Origin: Candidatus Poseidoniaceae archaeon
GTDB taxonomy: Archaea; Thermoplasmatota; Poseidoniia; Poseidoniales; Poseidoniaceae
DNA: 64,000 nt
Reading direction: 5' to 3'
NCBI GenBank assembly: GCA_938084675.1
Contig: CALKGM010000005.1
Coordinates: forward strand, 30,050-94,049
Below the pieces are notes generated by a model. That model saw only the letters and a list, made by a program, of their open reading frames with translations, searched no databases and was not told the origin of the DNA. This document shows, one piece after another, positions 49,081 to 59,700 of the stretch. The first letter of the stretch is position 1. Each line of letters opens with the position of its first letter. The position numbers and the translations under genes were made by a program.

Positions 49081-50127
49081 TCACGCCAAAAATTCAGCAT
49101 TCAGTGCGTCTAAAGATGCTTGAGAAGGACGCAGTGTCTCATCTGGGACATCCAAAAGAGGCACGTCGACCAATCCAAGGTCTTCAGCAAGCGATGGTTT
49201 GGTCGCATCAAAGTAGAGAAGGCCTGTAACGTGCTTGGCATTGACCTCTGCATCGTGGAGGGCTGAGAGAGCAGCCATTGGATTTGATGGGTCGTGCTGC
49301 TCAGAAATTGTTTCCAAACGGATTGTTGAGCCATCGTGCAATGTAATGTCCCGGAAGTGGCCTTCAGGAACATCGACCTCTTCTACAGGATTGAAGTGAG
49401 GGATATAATCCGCCATATGCAGGGTGATTTCGTTTTCCTTAACATAACCGTAAGAACGCATGGATTCATCGTTATTGTTGAAGGTCACACAAGGTGATAT
49501 GACGTCAATAAGAGCGAAGCCTTTGTGCGACATTGCTGCTTTAATCAGAGAGCCAAGTTGTTTCTTCGAACCTGAAAAGGAACGCGCTACAAAGGTACAA
49601 CCCAAATTGATAGCAAGTGCACACAAGTCAATGGGTTGCGTTTCGTTCACAGTTCCCTTCTTCTTTTTGGAACCAACATCTGCTGTTGCAGAATACTGAC
49701 CTTTGGTAAGTCCGTAAACACCGTTGTTCTCAACGATGTAAACCATGTCCATGTTTCGGCGGATGGCGTGAATCAGTTGACCGATTCCAATGGATGCAGA
49801 ATCTCCGTCTCCTGAAACTCCAAGGTAAAGGAGATCTTTGTTGATGGCGTAGGCACCGGTTGTTACCGATGGCATTCTTCCGTGAACGGTGTTAAATCCG
49901 TGAGATTGTCCAAGATAGTATGCTGGTGTTTTGGATGAGCACCCGATACCTGACATCTTAGCAATACGATGTGGTTGAATTCCATTTTCCCATGCTGCAG
50001 TAATGATAACGCTGGAAATCTGGTCGTGACCACACCCCGGACAAAGTGAGGACGGTCCGCCTGTGTAACTGTCTTTAGGTTCGTTAAGAACGTTTAATTT
50101 GACTGCTCGGGCTGGTTTATCGCTCAT
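49081..50127 (-). CDS. korB: 2-oxoacid:ferredoxin oxidoreductase, beta (TPP-binding) subunit
   Basis: CPGCGH near the N-terminus, TPP motif GVSGDGDSASIGIGQLIHAIRRN...VENNGVYGLTKGQ. ATGA overlap with the alpha subunit gene. Confidence 0.9.
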   Translation of the reverse strand: MSDKPARAVKLNVLNEPKDSYTGGPSSLCPGCGHDQISSVIITAAWENGIQPHRIAKMSGIGCSSKTPAYYLGQSHGFNTVHGRMPSVTTGAYAINKDLLYLGVSGDGDSASIGIGQLIHAIRRNMDMVYIVENNGVYGLTKGQYSATADVGSKKKKGTVNETQPIDLCALAINLGCTFVARSFSGSKKQLGSLIKAAMSHKGFALIDVISPCVTFNNNDESMRSYGYVKENEITLHMADYIPHFNPVEEVDVPEGHFRDITLHDGSTIRLETISEQHDPSNPMAALSALHDAEVNAKHVTGLLYFDATKPSLAEDLGLVDVPLLDVPDETLRPSQASLDALNAEFLA

Positions 50128-51914
50128 TGTGACACCTCCTTGAGTTTCTCTTGGATGAGTTCCGCATAGATTCTAGCTCTTGGGGGCATGCCGTCGCTGT
50201 AAGCGACCGAATGGACCTTCGTGACCAAATCATTCGGTAGTTCGCGCCGAAGAATACCATAAAGTTGGCCGTCTCGGTTGATTTCCAAGACAATAACCGT
50301 TTCATGTCGGCGAATAAAGTTCTCAACTTCGGAGTGAAGAGGTAGGGCTCGGATTCGGCATTGGCTGACTTTCATTCCGGTCTGCTCGAGGATGTCATCA
50401 ATTTCTTGAATTGAGTTTTCCATGCTTCCTAGGAACACGATACCGACTTCACACTCTTCTTCTTCACGGAGCAGTGGAGCGGGTAATTCATCCCGAGCAC
50501 CGTCGATTTTCATTTTGAGTCGGGCCATGAGATTGAAGTAATCTTCTGGCTTTTCAGAATAGACGCCCATGGGGTTGTGTCCTGTTCCACGGTAGAGAAT
50601 TGGAGCCATTCCTGAACCTGGTAGAGTTCGGTATGGGATACCGTCTCCATCAACATCAAGATATCGCCCAAAGGTCTCGAAGGCTTCGAAGGCTTCTCGC
50701 TCACGCACTACCTTTCCTCGGTCCATGGGGATATCGGGGTAGGTGAATCCTTCACAAGCCCAGCGGTTCATACCCAAATCAAGATCGCTCATTCCAAACA
50801 CGGGAGTTTGGAATCGCTCGGAATAGTCGAATGCTCGCCAGCCGTATTCAAAACACTCCTCAACCGTTCCGGGAATGAGAACAATGTGTTGTGTATCTCC
50901 GTGACTGCCCTCGTAAAGCATGGCGATGTCGGACTGTTGAGTACGAGTAGGAAGTCCTGTTGAAGGGCCAACACGAGTGACGTCCCAGAATACGGACGGG
51001 ACCTCAGCAAAGTAAGCCAAACCAATGAATTCCTGCATGAGCGAAATACCTGGGCCAGACGTTGCAGTCATTCCGCGGCCACCTGCCCAGCCAGCGCCGA
51101 GAACCATACCTGCTGCTGCTAGTTCGTCCTCAGCTTGGATGACAGCGCAAGTTGCCTCGCCTTCATCGTTAGAACGAAGACGGGGGATGTAGGCAATGAT
51201 GTTTTCAGCCATTGAGGAAGAAGGCGTAATCGGGTACCAAGCGAGAAGTTGAACTCCGCCATAATGGGCTCCAAGTGCCGCTGCTTCGTTCCCTTCTATG
51301 AAAAATTGAGGACGGTCTACTTCACGAGATTCCGTTGTGTAAGGGTCTGTTTTTGTGAGATTCTCTTTACAGTAATCTCGTCCGAGCCCCAACGCTGTGA
51401 TGTTGAGTTCAATGGCGCTTTCTTTGCCCTTGAATTGACGTGCGACAGCAGATTCCAAGCAGGTTTGATCAATGTTCAAAAGTTCAGCCAAGACACCGAC
51501 ATAGACAATGTTGGTCACCAGTTTCGCAATTTTTGGATTGATTTTTCGAGCGAGTGAACTCATTGGGACGGGATACGAAATAATGTCTTCACGTTCCACA
51601 GTCTTCTTTTTGGTATCACTGTTCCAAATGATGACGGTCCCCGGTTCGGCTGCAGCCAAATCTTCGTCCCAGGTGGCGGGATTGACAAGAATTTGGATGT
51701 GCGTACGGTCACCAGGCGCCTGGTATCCCAAGTCGGATAGACGGACAATGTACCATGTCGGTAGGCCCGAAATGTTTGATGGAAAGAGGTTTTTTCCGCT
51801 AACAGGGACTCCCATATCAAAGAGAGACTGGAGTAAAATGAGATTTGCGGACTGTGAACCTGTTCCGTTGGCTGTGGCAATGTTGATGGTGAAATCGTTG
51901 ATGATTTTGTCCAT
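50124..51914 (-). CDS. korA: 2-oxoacid:ferredoxin oxidoreductase, alpha (gamma-alpha fused) subunit
   Basis: The ATG at 51914 gives MDKIINDFTINIATANGTGSQSAN (gamma-like domain). AWYPITPSS and ATSGPGISLMQE blocks of the alpha domain follow. Confidence 0.9.
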   Translation of the reverse strand: MDKIINDFTINIATANGTGSQSANLILLQSLFDMGVPVSGKNLFPSNISGLPTWYIVRLSDLGYQAPGDRTHIQILVNPATWDEDLAAAEPGTVIIWNSDTKKKTVEREDIISYPVPMSSLARKINPKIAKLVTNIVYVGVLAELLNIDQTCLESAVARQFKGKESAIELNITALGLGRDYCKENLTKTDPYTTESREVDRPQFFIEGNEAAALGAHYGGVQLLAWYPITPSSSMAENIIAYIPRLRSNDEGEATCAVIQAEDELAAAGMVLGAGWAGGRGMTATSGPGISLMQEFIGLAYFAEVPSVFWDVTRVGPSTGLPTRTQQSDIAMLYEGSHGDTQHIVLIPGTVEECFEYGWRAFDYSERFQTPVFGMSDLDLGMNRWACEGFTYPDIPMDRGKVVREREAFEAFETFGRYLDVDGDGIPYRTLPGSGMAPILYRGTGHNPMGVYSEKPEDYFNLMARLKMKIDGARDELPAPLLREEEECEVGIVFLGSMENSIQEIDDILEQTGMKVSQCRIRALPLHSEVENFIRRHETVIVLEINRDGQLYGILRRELPNDLVTKVHSVAYSDGMPPRARIYAELIQEKLKEVSQ

Positions 51915-52086
51915 GGTTGTTGTTCCCCTGCGAGGTATGGAGTCGGAGACCCGTTCCTCTTGGTTCCTTCGGGTTAGCACGCACCCTTTCAACATGTTGC
52001 CTTCTCATTCCGCTAATTTCAGTATTGGAGAATGAAATTTCGCCCAGAGGGTGATACTCAAAACAGAGAGGCCCGTCGCGTGGGCC

Positions 52087-53130
52087 ATGGCGGACGAAGC
52101 ACTCACGACTGCATGGCAAAAAGCCGAGAAGGCAATCATCAAGGGAAAAGGCGAGTCTGCGCTCAAGATTTTGAGAGAAGTCGACGCCAATGGAAGCGAA
52201 CCAACCACACTCCGCCTTGCAGGCCATGCGACATGGTTGAACGCCAAATCGAGAAACAGCCGCTCCGAGTATCGCAAGGCTGCTGCATTGCTCCGCGACG
52301 CCGTAAAAAAGGCTCCTCGCGATAAGAAAGCAGACAGCACTTACAACGATTTACTCAATGAAATGCAAGATAAGGGATTCCGTGAGACTACGTTTCCTCG
52401 CTTGCTCAATGATGGCACACCAACTCCTGCGGGTATCGCAGCGATTTTCATCGCTGGACTGTTGCTTCTCGCCGGCATTAACGTCGCGTCAACTTCAAAT
52501 CAAGAAGGACTCCCAACCGAAGCCACACTTTCCTTTACTTGGACCAATGCGGATGGAAGCTCAGGCAGCGGGGATGTGGTGGTTGAACTCTTTGCAGGTG
52601 ATGCCCCAATACACGTCGAAAATTTTGCACTCTTGGCCGAAGATGATGAGTATAACGGTGTAATCTTCCATCGCGTTATATCGGATTTCATGATGCAAGG
52701 TGGAGACTTCACTAACGGAGACGGAACAGGAGGCCATGCAGGAAAATTCTTTGGATATTGTAACGGCCAAGAAGCGGCCTCGTCAAGCGAATGCGGCAAG
52801 GAATCATACACGATTGAAGATGAGGCAGATAACGGGCGAGTTCACAGTCCGTACCACCTCTCGATGGCAAAAACAAGCGCCCCTCACACCGGTGGCTCAC
52901 AATTCTTCATCGTTGACCCCGATGCAGTAGGCGCAGACGGAACACCGGGAACCCCTCACCTCGATGGCGTACACACTGTATTTGGACAAGTCACCAGTGG
53001 ATTTGAGCACATTGATGTGATGTCGAGTATCTGCGACGCAGGCTGTGAGTACGATAAGCCAAGCAATGACATTACCTTGGTTACTGTTGAAGTAGCCGGC
53101 GAATACTCACCTTGGTACAAATTCTGGTGA
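52087..53130 (+). CDS. Cyclophilin-type peptidyl-prolyl isomerase with N-terminal helical region and a TM anchor
   Basis: VVELFAGDAPIHVENFALLAEDDEYNGVIFHRVISDFMMQGGDFTNGDGTGG. TM segment GIAAIFIAGLLLLAGI. Start is GTG 52051 or ATG 52087. Confidence 0.85.
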   Translation: MADEALTTAWQKAEKAIIKGKGESALKILREVDANGSEPTTLRLAGHATWLNAKSRNSRSEYRKAAALLRDAVKKAPRDKKADSTYNDLLNEMQDKGFRETTFPRLLNDGTPTPAGIAAIFIAGLLLLAGINVASTSNQEGLPTEATLSFTWTNADGSSGSGDVVVELFAGDAPIHVENFALLAEDDEYNGVIFHRVISDFMMQGGDFTNGDGTGGHAGKFFGYCNGQEAASSSECGKESYTIEDEADNGRVHSPYHLSMAKTSAPHTGGSQFFIVDPDAVGADGTPGTPHLDGVHTVFGQVTSGFEHIDVMSSICDAGCEYDKPSNDITLVTVEVAGEYSPWYKFW

Positions 53131-53207
53131 AACTCACTCAAACCCGAATTGGGTCAGCAGATGAGAAGAGGGATTTCTTCATAGACGCGTGCGTTTTGGA
53201 AGGAATC

Positions 53208-55877
53208 ATGGCCACCTTGGACCCCTTCAACGCTCGACGCCCACTTGACGTAGGCGGAGAATATTTTGCTCTGGACGCCCTTGACACTAACGGCCTTCCA
53301 ACTCAGCACCTACCTTATTCCATCCGAGTTCTCCTCGAAGGTGCGCTTCGTGCTCATGACGGATTTCTAATCACCGAAGCGGATGTCCGCTCGATTGCAT
53401 CGTGGTCGCCTAACGGAGAGCGTAATGAAATTCCATTCCGACCATCCCGAGTGATTCTTCAAGACTTCACAGGAGTCCCTGCTGTTGTTGACCTTGCCGC
53501 ACTGCGTGACGCCATGGTGGAAATGGGTGGAGACCCAGAAAAGGTCAACCCGCAAGTGCCGGTGGATTTGGTCATTGACCATTCGGTCCAAGTTGATGTC
53601 TCGGGAGCCCATAGCGACGCCCTCAGCATGAACCTTGACATTGAATATCACCGTAATATGGAGCGATACACGTTCCTCAAATGGGGGCAACAATCCCTTG
53701 CAAATTTCCAAGCAGTACCCCCTTCAAGAGGAATTGTACATCAGGTAAATCTTGAATTCCTCGCAAGCGTTGCTCGCCAGGAAGATGGCGTATGGCTTGC
53801 TGACACGCTGGTTGGGACCGACTCCCACACGACTATGGTCAACGGACTTGGCGTTCTTGGATGGGGTGTTGGTGGAATTGAAGCCGAGGCAGTCATGCTT
53901 GGCCAACCGATCTACATGCTGGCACCCGATGTTGTGGGTGTCCGACTTACTGGAAGCCTTCAGCCAGGCGTCACTGCAACCGACATGACGCTGCGCATCG
54001 TTGAAATGTTGCGAGAGCACGGTGTTGTTGGAAAATTCGTGGAATTCTTTGGTCCAGGTATGAAGGCACTCACTCTTGCAGACCGCGCAACCATTGCCAA
54101 CATGGCACCAGAGTATGGGGCAACATGCGGATTCTTCCCCGTTGATGAGCGGACTCTTGACTACTTGCGCCTCACTGGGCGTGAGGACGACGCTGTTGCC
54201 GGCGTTGAAGCGTATGCAAAAGCACAAGGAATGTGGTACGGTGAGAATGCAGAAGAAAAGTCCTACACGGCTGTTTTGGAACTCAATCTTGATGTGGTCC
54301 TTCCTGCCCTCGCTGGGCCAAAGCGACCTCAAGACCGCGTGGACCTTCATAGTATGAAGGAGCATTTTGTTGAAAGCCTCACCCACGAATTGGGTCATCA
54401 CGGCCATGGTTTGGAACCCAAAGACTTGTCCAAGAGTTCAATTGTTGAAATGGACGGGAAGCGTTACGATTTGAATCATGGCGATGTTGTAATCGCAGCC
54501 ATCACTTCATGTACAAACACATCCAACCCAGGAGTTATGCTTGCCGCTGGACTCCTTGCTCGAAATGCTCGTAGCCGTGGATTAACGGTCAAACCCTGGG
54601 TGAAGACATCTCTTGCACCCGGTAGCCGTGTGGTCACCGAGTACTACGAAGCGACTGGACTCCAAGAAGACTTGAACGCCATGGGATTCCACGTCGTAGG
54701 ATACGGCTGCACAACATGCATCGGTAATTCCGGCCCTCTCGCTGAACCTATTGAAGCTGCTATTGATGATGCGGGCCTTATCGTAGGTTCTGTCATTTCA
54801 GGAAACCGTAATTTCGAAGGTCGCGTCCACGGGAAGGTCAAGGCATCCTACCTTGCAAGCCCGCCGCTGGTAGTCGCCTATGCCATTGCAGGAACATTAG
54901 AAATCGATTTGTCAACCGAGCCACTTGGACATGATAATGACGGTAATCCCGTGATGCTCCAAGACGTTTGGCCTTCCGACGAAGAACTTGCTCAAGCAAT
55001 GAGCGTCATAACTCCCGAAATGTTCCGTCAACGCTACGCTGATGCTATGAATGAACCCCGTTGGAATAGCATTCCTGCTGCATCAAGCCCTCTTTACCCC
55101 TGGGAAGATTCTTCCACCTATATCCGACTGCCCACCTTCTTTAGCGGCTTGTCGGCAAAGGCTGATCCGATTGAATCAATTGACGGGGCTCGTGTCCTGC
55201 TCAAACTTGGAGATTCCATTACTACAGACCACATCTCCCCCGCTGGCTCATTCCCTGAAGATGGCCCTGCTGGAGTTTGGTTGAATGAACGCAATGTCGC
55301 AAAAGGCGACTTCAACTCGTTCGGCAGCCGTAGAGGCAATCACGAAATCATGATGCGCGGTACTTTTGCAAACGTTCGGATTCGTAACGAAATGGCTCCT
55401 GGGACAGAAGGTGGCTACGCGTTAAATCATGAAAGTGGGGAAGTCCAATCTGTTTACGACGCTGCGCAAATTAATGCTCCAAAGATTGTTCTCGCTGGCA
55501 GCCAGTACGGCACAGGCTCTTCCCGTGATTGGGCAGCGAAGGGAACATATCTTCTCGGAGTAAAAGCTGTGATTGCAACCTCCTTTGAGCGCATTCACCG
55601 CTCAAACCTCGTAGGAATGGGAGTGCTCCCTCTCACCTTCTCAGAAGGAGAAAGCCACGAAACACTTGGGCTTACTGGGCATGAGCAGTTTTCTATTGCA
55701 GTGAACGATGAAGTCCAACCACTCCAGATGATGGCTGTTGAAGCCACCTCTCCGGAAGGCGAGGTCAAGTCGTTCATGGTTCAAGTTCGTCTCGACACAC
55801 CGGTCGAAGTAGAATACTATCGCAATGGCGGCATTTTGCACACCGTCTTGAGGCAGATGGCTGGAGAAGGCCAATAG
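53208..55877 (+). CDS. acnA: Aconitate hydratase (AcnA/IRP type)
   Basis: The ATG at 53208 gives MATLDPFNARRPL. LQDFTGVPAVVDLAALRD, GTDSHTTMVNGLGVLGWGVGGIEAE, ITSCTNTSNP, GCTTCIGNSGPL, and SGNRNFEGR cluster-ligand/active-site blocks. Confidence 0.95.
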   Translation: MATLDPFNARRPLDVGGEYFALDALDTNGLPTQHLPYSIRVLLEGALRAHDGFLITEADVRSIASWSPNGERNEIPFRPSRVILQDFTGVPAVVDLAALRDAMVEMGGDPEKVNPQVPVDLVIDHSVQVDVSGAHSDALSMNLDIEYHRNMERYTFLKWGQQSLANFQAVPPSRGIVHQVNLEFLASVARQEDGVWLADTLVGTDSHTTMVNGLGVLGWGVGGIEAEAVMLGQPIYMLAPDVVGVRLTGSLQPGVTATDMTLRIVEMLREHGVVGKFVEFFGPGMKALTLADRATIANMAPEYGATCGFFPVDERTLDYLRLTGREDDAVAGVEAYAKAQGMWYGENAEEKSYTAVLELNLDVVLPALAGPKRPQDRVDLHSMKEHFVESLTHELGHHGHGLEPKDLSKSSIVEMDGKRYDLNHGDVVIAAITSCTNTSNPGVMLAAGLLARNARSRGLTVKPWVKTSLAPGSRVVTEYYEATGLQEDLNAMGFHVVGYGCTTCIGNSGPLAEPIEAAIDDAGLIVGSVISGNRNFEGRVHGKVKASYLASPPLVVAYAIAGTLEIDLSTEPLGHDNDGNPVMLQDVWPSDEELAQAMSVITPEMFRQRYADAMNEPRWNSIPAASSPLYPWEDSSTYIRLPTFFSGLSAKADPIESIDGARVLLKLGDSITTDHISPAGSFPEDGPAGVWLNERNVAKGDFNSFGSRRGNHEIMMRGTFANVRIRNEMAPGTEGGYALNHESGEVQSVYDAAQINAPKIVLAGSQYGTGSSRDWAAKGTYLLGVKAVIATSFERIHRSNLVGMGVLPLTFSEGESHETLGLTGHEQFSIAVNDEVQPLQMMAVEATSPEGEVKSFMVQVRLDTPVEVEYYRNGGILHTVLRQMAGEGQ

Positions 55878-55918
55878 AGCCACTATCTTCAAGGCAAAGA
55901 AGCGCTGAGGTTGTAACA

Positions 55919-56596
55919 ATGAGCAAACTGCGGGGAAATGTTCGCTACCGATTCCGCTCCGACGACCACGATGTCAATATCGTGATTGAAGGAGATGTGG
56001 ACTGGGTCGACAACCACGTGGACAAACTTGGACTTGCGGGCGTGGGATGGACAATGCCTATCGGCACTCAAGTCAAACCAACAGACCTTTCCAAAGTAAG
56101 CAAAGAGCGGCAAAAGTCGGGCATAAACATCGAAATGGAAGAGGCTCCCGCTGATGAAAAACCTGCTGACATGGGACCTACACCCGACCCGTCTCGCATT
56201 CCAGTCGTCCGACGACCGATTGGCCAACTTGACCTCAGTGCAAAAATCGCCGAAGTTGGCCTTGAGCCACCTGCGCAACCAGACACAATAGAACTCATGG
56301 AAATTCTTGACGATATGGAACCCCCTCAACCCGTGCAAGGAGTGACAAGCGTAGACCCTATGGCGGAGGCTTGGCTCAGAGAATTGTTACAACTCGTCGT
56401 TCGAGAGCACGGAAGAACGGCTCTCAAAACCGAAGATATTGAGGAAATCGCCAGCAAGCGTCTCGGAAACCGCGAAGGCACTGCTCTTGAAATATGGCTG
56501 GAATCTCTCTTCGCTGCTGGGAAATTGGTCAAAATCCATGGAGGGGACGCCATTGGATGGGGTCCATCTCCAAAATGGCTAGCCGGGCGATTTTGA
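55919..56596 (+). CDS. Hypothetical protein (225 aa) upstream of the giant surface-protein gene
   Basis: Clean ORF with an ATG start, a P/E-rich central linker and a helical C-terminal region (WLRELLQLVVREHGRTALKTEDIEEIASKRLG...GKLVKIHGG) that could be winged-helix-like. I recognise no family. Confidence 0.45.
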   Translation: MSKLRGNVRYRFRSDDHDVNIVIEGDVDWVDNHVDKLGLAGVGWTMPIGTQVKPTDLSKVSKERQKSGINIEMEEAPADEKPADMGPTPDPSRIPVVRRPIGQLDLSAKIAEVGLEPPAQPDTIELMEILDDMEPPQPVQGVTSVDPMAEAWLRELLQLVVREHGRTALKTEDIEEIASKRLGNREGTALEIWLESLFAAGKLVKIHGGDAIGWGPSPKWLAGRF

Positions 56597-56720
56597 AGGC
56601 TGAACCATCGTGCCACTTTTTTCGGCAGATTTTGAACAAAAATGACGCCCTGCGGCGTAGTTCAGACGGAACTAGATTACAAAGGCATTATATTGAAACA
56701 GGCCTTGGGTCGGACAAGTG

Positions 56721-59700
56721 ATGTCTATGCTATCAAATAATGACCTCTCTAGAGCCCGAGCCCGCAGCCTATTCCTCTCATTGTTGATGATTTTGAGTAC
56801 GACCGCTGCACTCGCAACTACAGCCAGCGCCTCAGTTTCCCGAACCTACACGACCAACCGCGACCCTGTGGATGTCGCCATTGGTGATTTTGACTGTGAC
56901 GGAAATAACGACCTTGCTATCGCAACCGAAGGAACTCACACCTTGAGTATTCTATGGAACGATGGCAATGGAGATTTCAGCGAACGCCAAGATGTGTGGG
57001 TCACTGGCAATCAAAGCCGCAATGCAGAATGGGACTCTTTTGCGAATGTGGAGCAAGTCGAGGTCGGTGAATTCACCGGAGATAACGCTCCTGACATTGT
57101 CATTTACCAGAAAAACAATCCTTTCAAGACAGACGATCAAGGTCAACCTGCGGGCGAGCCAGGTAACATTACCATCATTGAAAACGGCGGATGTGGACAA
57201 AAAGATTGGAGCATCGGAGAACGTTTCACTCACTTTTGGGTATGGGACATGGCGGTCGGAAATGCTGACCAAACGGGTGGAGATGATATCTACGTCCTTG
57301 ACATTACCGATGTCAGCCCAGGAAACCAACGGGTCGTCACCTATTCCGGACCAATCACCTCGAACTCTCAAGGATTGGTTACCACCCTTGGTGCATCAAG
57401 TCAGAACACCTACCGAAGCATCCAAGTCGGCGATTGGGGTGAAACTCAAAGCAGCATCACTGGAAGTTGTACTGACGATGATATATTCCTCCTACGAAGT
57501 GAAGGTATTGACTATGCATCCGGCACCGTCACAAACCCTGGAAACGATGACAACGTCAGCATCATTGAATACGATTGTGCTGCCTCTGGAGTAGCACCAG
57601 GCTATCCAATTTCGTACACCTATGGTTCCAATCAAGCCAACACCCATATCGTCAACATGCAAACAACCACAACCGAAGATTTCGCTATCTCCGATGTTTC
57701 TGGAGGCGGCTATATTGACACCATTGCAGTCATGGACGGCAACCTTGAGAACGTCTCGTACTCCCAAACATCATCGCAAGGCACCTTTGGTTCGCCGCAA
57801 AAGGCTTACTTCGGACCGTATATTTCTTGGGCTATTGCAGTTCACGACCTTAACGGAGACGGCGAGCCAGATTTCGTCAATCCAACCATTGCATACCAGC
57901 AAAACACCACCGACTCTGCTGGCGGAAGTACTTCCAATTTCTTCCTCTCCTTCCCAACAACCGTCCAAGTAACACTCTCAGACGGAAACGGAGGGCACGT
58001 TAGTCCGCTCTCGTACGTCACAGGTCGCCGACCTTCTTCTGTAGACATTGGACAATTGTCCGGAGGACCAAACTCCGCTGAAGATTTGGTTATTGGCCAA
58101 ACGCAGTACAACTTCGGCGGATGGCGTGACAACTTCGGCTGGGAAGGGCAATACGATACCCTTACCATCGTTGAGATGGACAACAAAGACCTAGCTGTTA
58201 CCGATTTGGAAATTTCACCAGTAGACCGCTTCTTTGGCGCAGTCGGAGAGGGTACTCGTAACATCAACGTCAGTGTAACCAACACTGGAATGGACACACT
58301 TAACGGCCAAAGTGCTGACTTGGAAGTCACACTGAAGATCGTGGATGAGTTGAACTCATCAAATTCCACCGTATACTCCAACGATTGGGACACACCTGAA
58401 GTAAAAACAGGCTGTGGCTCAGGCTGTAACTGGGCCTTTGAAGAGTATGTTGATGGCGCCACAAACTGGCACCTTGAGACAAATCACTCAGTTGGAGCAT
58501 CCTCTGGTAACAACGACCCGAATGTTTCTGCCAACTACCTCAACCCAACCGACTTTATGTGGGCAGGTGACATGAAAACCAACCAATCTGGCGACCAATG
58601 GTCCGGATATGGAAGGAACTGGGACGATTCAATGGTCCTTGAAGATGTTGACCTCACTGGTGCAGACCGTGCCTTCATGAGCGTTGAACTGTTCCAACAT
58701 TTGGGACTTGGCGCTCTTGGAAATTCTGACGGAAACGGATTCATCGTCGGAGATGTCTGGGACGACCTCGCCATTATCGAAGTGGGAAGTGAGGAAACTG
58801 GATGGAGCCTCATCGGATGCCCTCAACAAGCAGCGTTGCAAGGAGCATGCGCATCAGGAGAGTCCATCTGGGGCGGCTTTGACAATGACCGCATGTACAA
58901 ACAAAACTTCTGGGGAGCGGACGAGAACCAGATCGTATACTACGGTCTCTTCTCACCAGGAACCTACTACGGATGGAACAACTTTACCGAAGAGGGATTG
59001 GGTTCCTTTGACCTGTCCGAATGGGCTGGTGAAACCGTGGATGTTCGATTCCGATTCCGAACTGGTTTCGAGGGTTCAACTGCAGATGATAACGAAAGCC
59101 GCTGGTCAGGGCGTGATGGATTCGCTGTTGATAACCTAACCATCTGGAAGCAAAACACAGCATTCCTGCCCAACCCACAAACCCAAACAACTACCATTGG
59201 GCCACTAAACAACTTGGAACCTGGTCAAGAATACACCACTTCAATTCAGGCAAACCTGCTTAATGACACAACCTACAGAATTTCTGCTATTATTTCCAAC
59301 AATGCATGGGATGAACAGTCTATCAATGACGATGCCATTGGTTTTGTCACTCCGTTCAACCTGTTTGACCCAGCCGTTGAAGGCATCGAAGGATTCCTTC
59401 CTGGAGGCTTGTATGCTGAGGGAATGTTTGACATCGGAGTAACAACGAACAACTGGGGAAATACGCCTGTTGACTTTGATATTGAAGCAACGGTCTATTC
59501 AGCAACGCCATCGGATGTATTCTGTGGTGCCAGCAACTCTGTTTGTGAAGAAGACTTTACTGCAGATAGCGACGGATACTTGCACGAAGAAAACCAAAAC
59601 CCCAAGGGCGTCATCTATGGTGAAAACTCATGTTCAACCAAGATCTTCAACAGCAACGCCTACTGGTTCGGCCACCCATGCGACACCTCCACCAACGGTT

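Noticed and set aside
53724-54407. 227-aa antisense ORF inside acnA, plus similar shadow ORFs inside other long genes (51508-52035 in korA; 13535-14032 and 13671-14150 in the MCC beta gene; 56962-57594 and 57842-58462 in the giant gene)
   Set aside because: All are embedded in genes with strong homology-type evidence in the annotated frame. All have biased composition and no motifs.
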